A DNA stretch of 63,066 bases from Octopus bimaculoides. Lineage: Eukaryota. Below the pieces are notes generated by a model. It was not told the origin of the DNA and did not search any database. It worked only from the letters and a program-made list of their open reading frames with translations. The DNA is taken from NCBI RefSeq assembly GCF_001194135.2, contig NC_069006.1:20011803-20074868 (forward strand). The letters run 5' to 3'. This document shows, in pieces, positions 62,460 to 63,066 of this stretch. The position numbers and the translations under genes are program-made. The first letter of the stretch is position 1; every line of letters begins with the position of its first letter.

Positions 62460-62888
62460 TAAGCCTAAAAAAATATGTGCATAGACATTTGTAATTGTGT
62501 GTGCGTGTGTGTGTGTGTTGTCATGCAGTTGTATGTGTAATACTGTTATACATATTTCGATGTGTATTGGTGTAATGAAATACATCCCTTGAAATGTGTG
62601 TAATTGTGTGCAGTAGAAGACCCTTGTGTATGTGTGTGCCTGTGCATCTCTGTGTGTATATGTACATATAAGTATATATACACACACACGCACACATGTG
62701 TCTATAGATATATATACATGTATATATTTATGTATATTTATATATATATGTGTGTGTGTGTGTGTGTATATGTATGTGTGTGTTTATATATATATGTTTA
62801 TAAATGTATTTGTATATATATAATATACCATATATATATATATATATATACATGTATCTATATGTTATATATACATGTATATGTATTA

Positions 62889-62950
<62 letters not shown>

Positions 62951-62983
62951 TATATATATTCATATATATATATATATATATTC

Positions 62984-63017
<34 letters not shown>

Positions 63018-63021
63018 TCAT

Positions 63022-63055
<34 letters not shown>

Positions 63056-63066
63056 TCATATATATA
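62460..63066. repeat. (TA)n/(TG)n compound microsatellite
   Basis: Directly visible. Confidence 0.95.

Overview
Eukaryotic genomic DNA, AT-rich, dense in microsatellites and SINEs, with many N gaps. The repeat landscape suggests an octopod cephalopod such as Octopus (inference). Almost all ORFs in the supplied track are microsatellite or gap artefacts. (1) A plus-strand tRNA pseudouridine(38/39) synthase gene (PUS3) has 14 recognisable exons from 52544 to 62159. All introns are GT-AG with matching phases, and the catalytic RCGRTDKGVSA motif is intact. (2) Two upstream exons (41276-41588 and 49376-49911) splice in frame onto PUS3. They would add 283 aa: a Cys/His-rich, WRKY/GCM-like putative zinc domain, a SUMO-consensus IKSE motif and an acidic linker, giving a predicted 709-aa fusion. 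(3) On the minus strand, about 18.5-39.5 kb, lies a multi-exon gene relic that keeps its splice sites but carries stops or frameshifts in most exons. Its motifs follow the order of TOPAZ1 as I recall the human sequence, which needs a database check. It sits head-to-head with the PUS3 locus. (4) A 77-bp copy of a PUS3 exon is inserted inside a hAT-type MITE in a PUS3 intron. (5) There is an orphan exon near 4.7 kb, plus LINE fragments, several SINE families, piggyBac-like and hAT-like MITEs, palindromes and minisatellites. No rRNA, tRNA gene or CRISPR array is supported.
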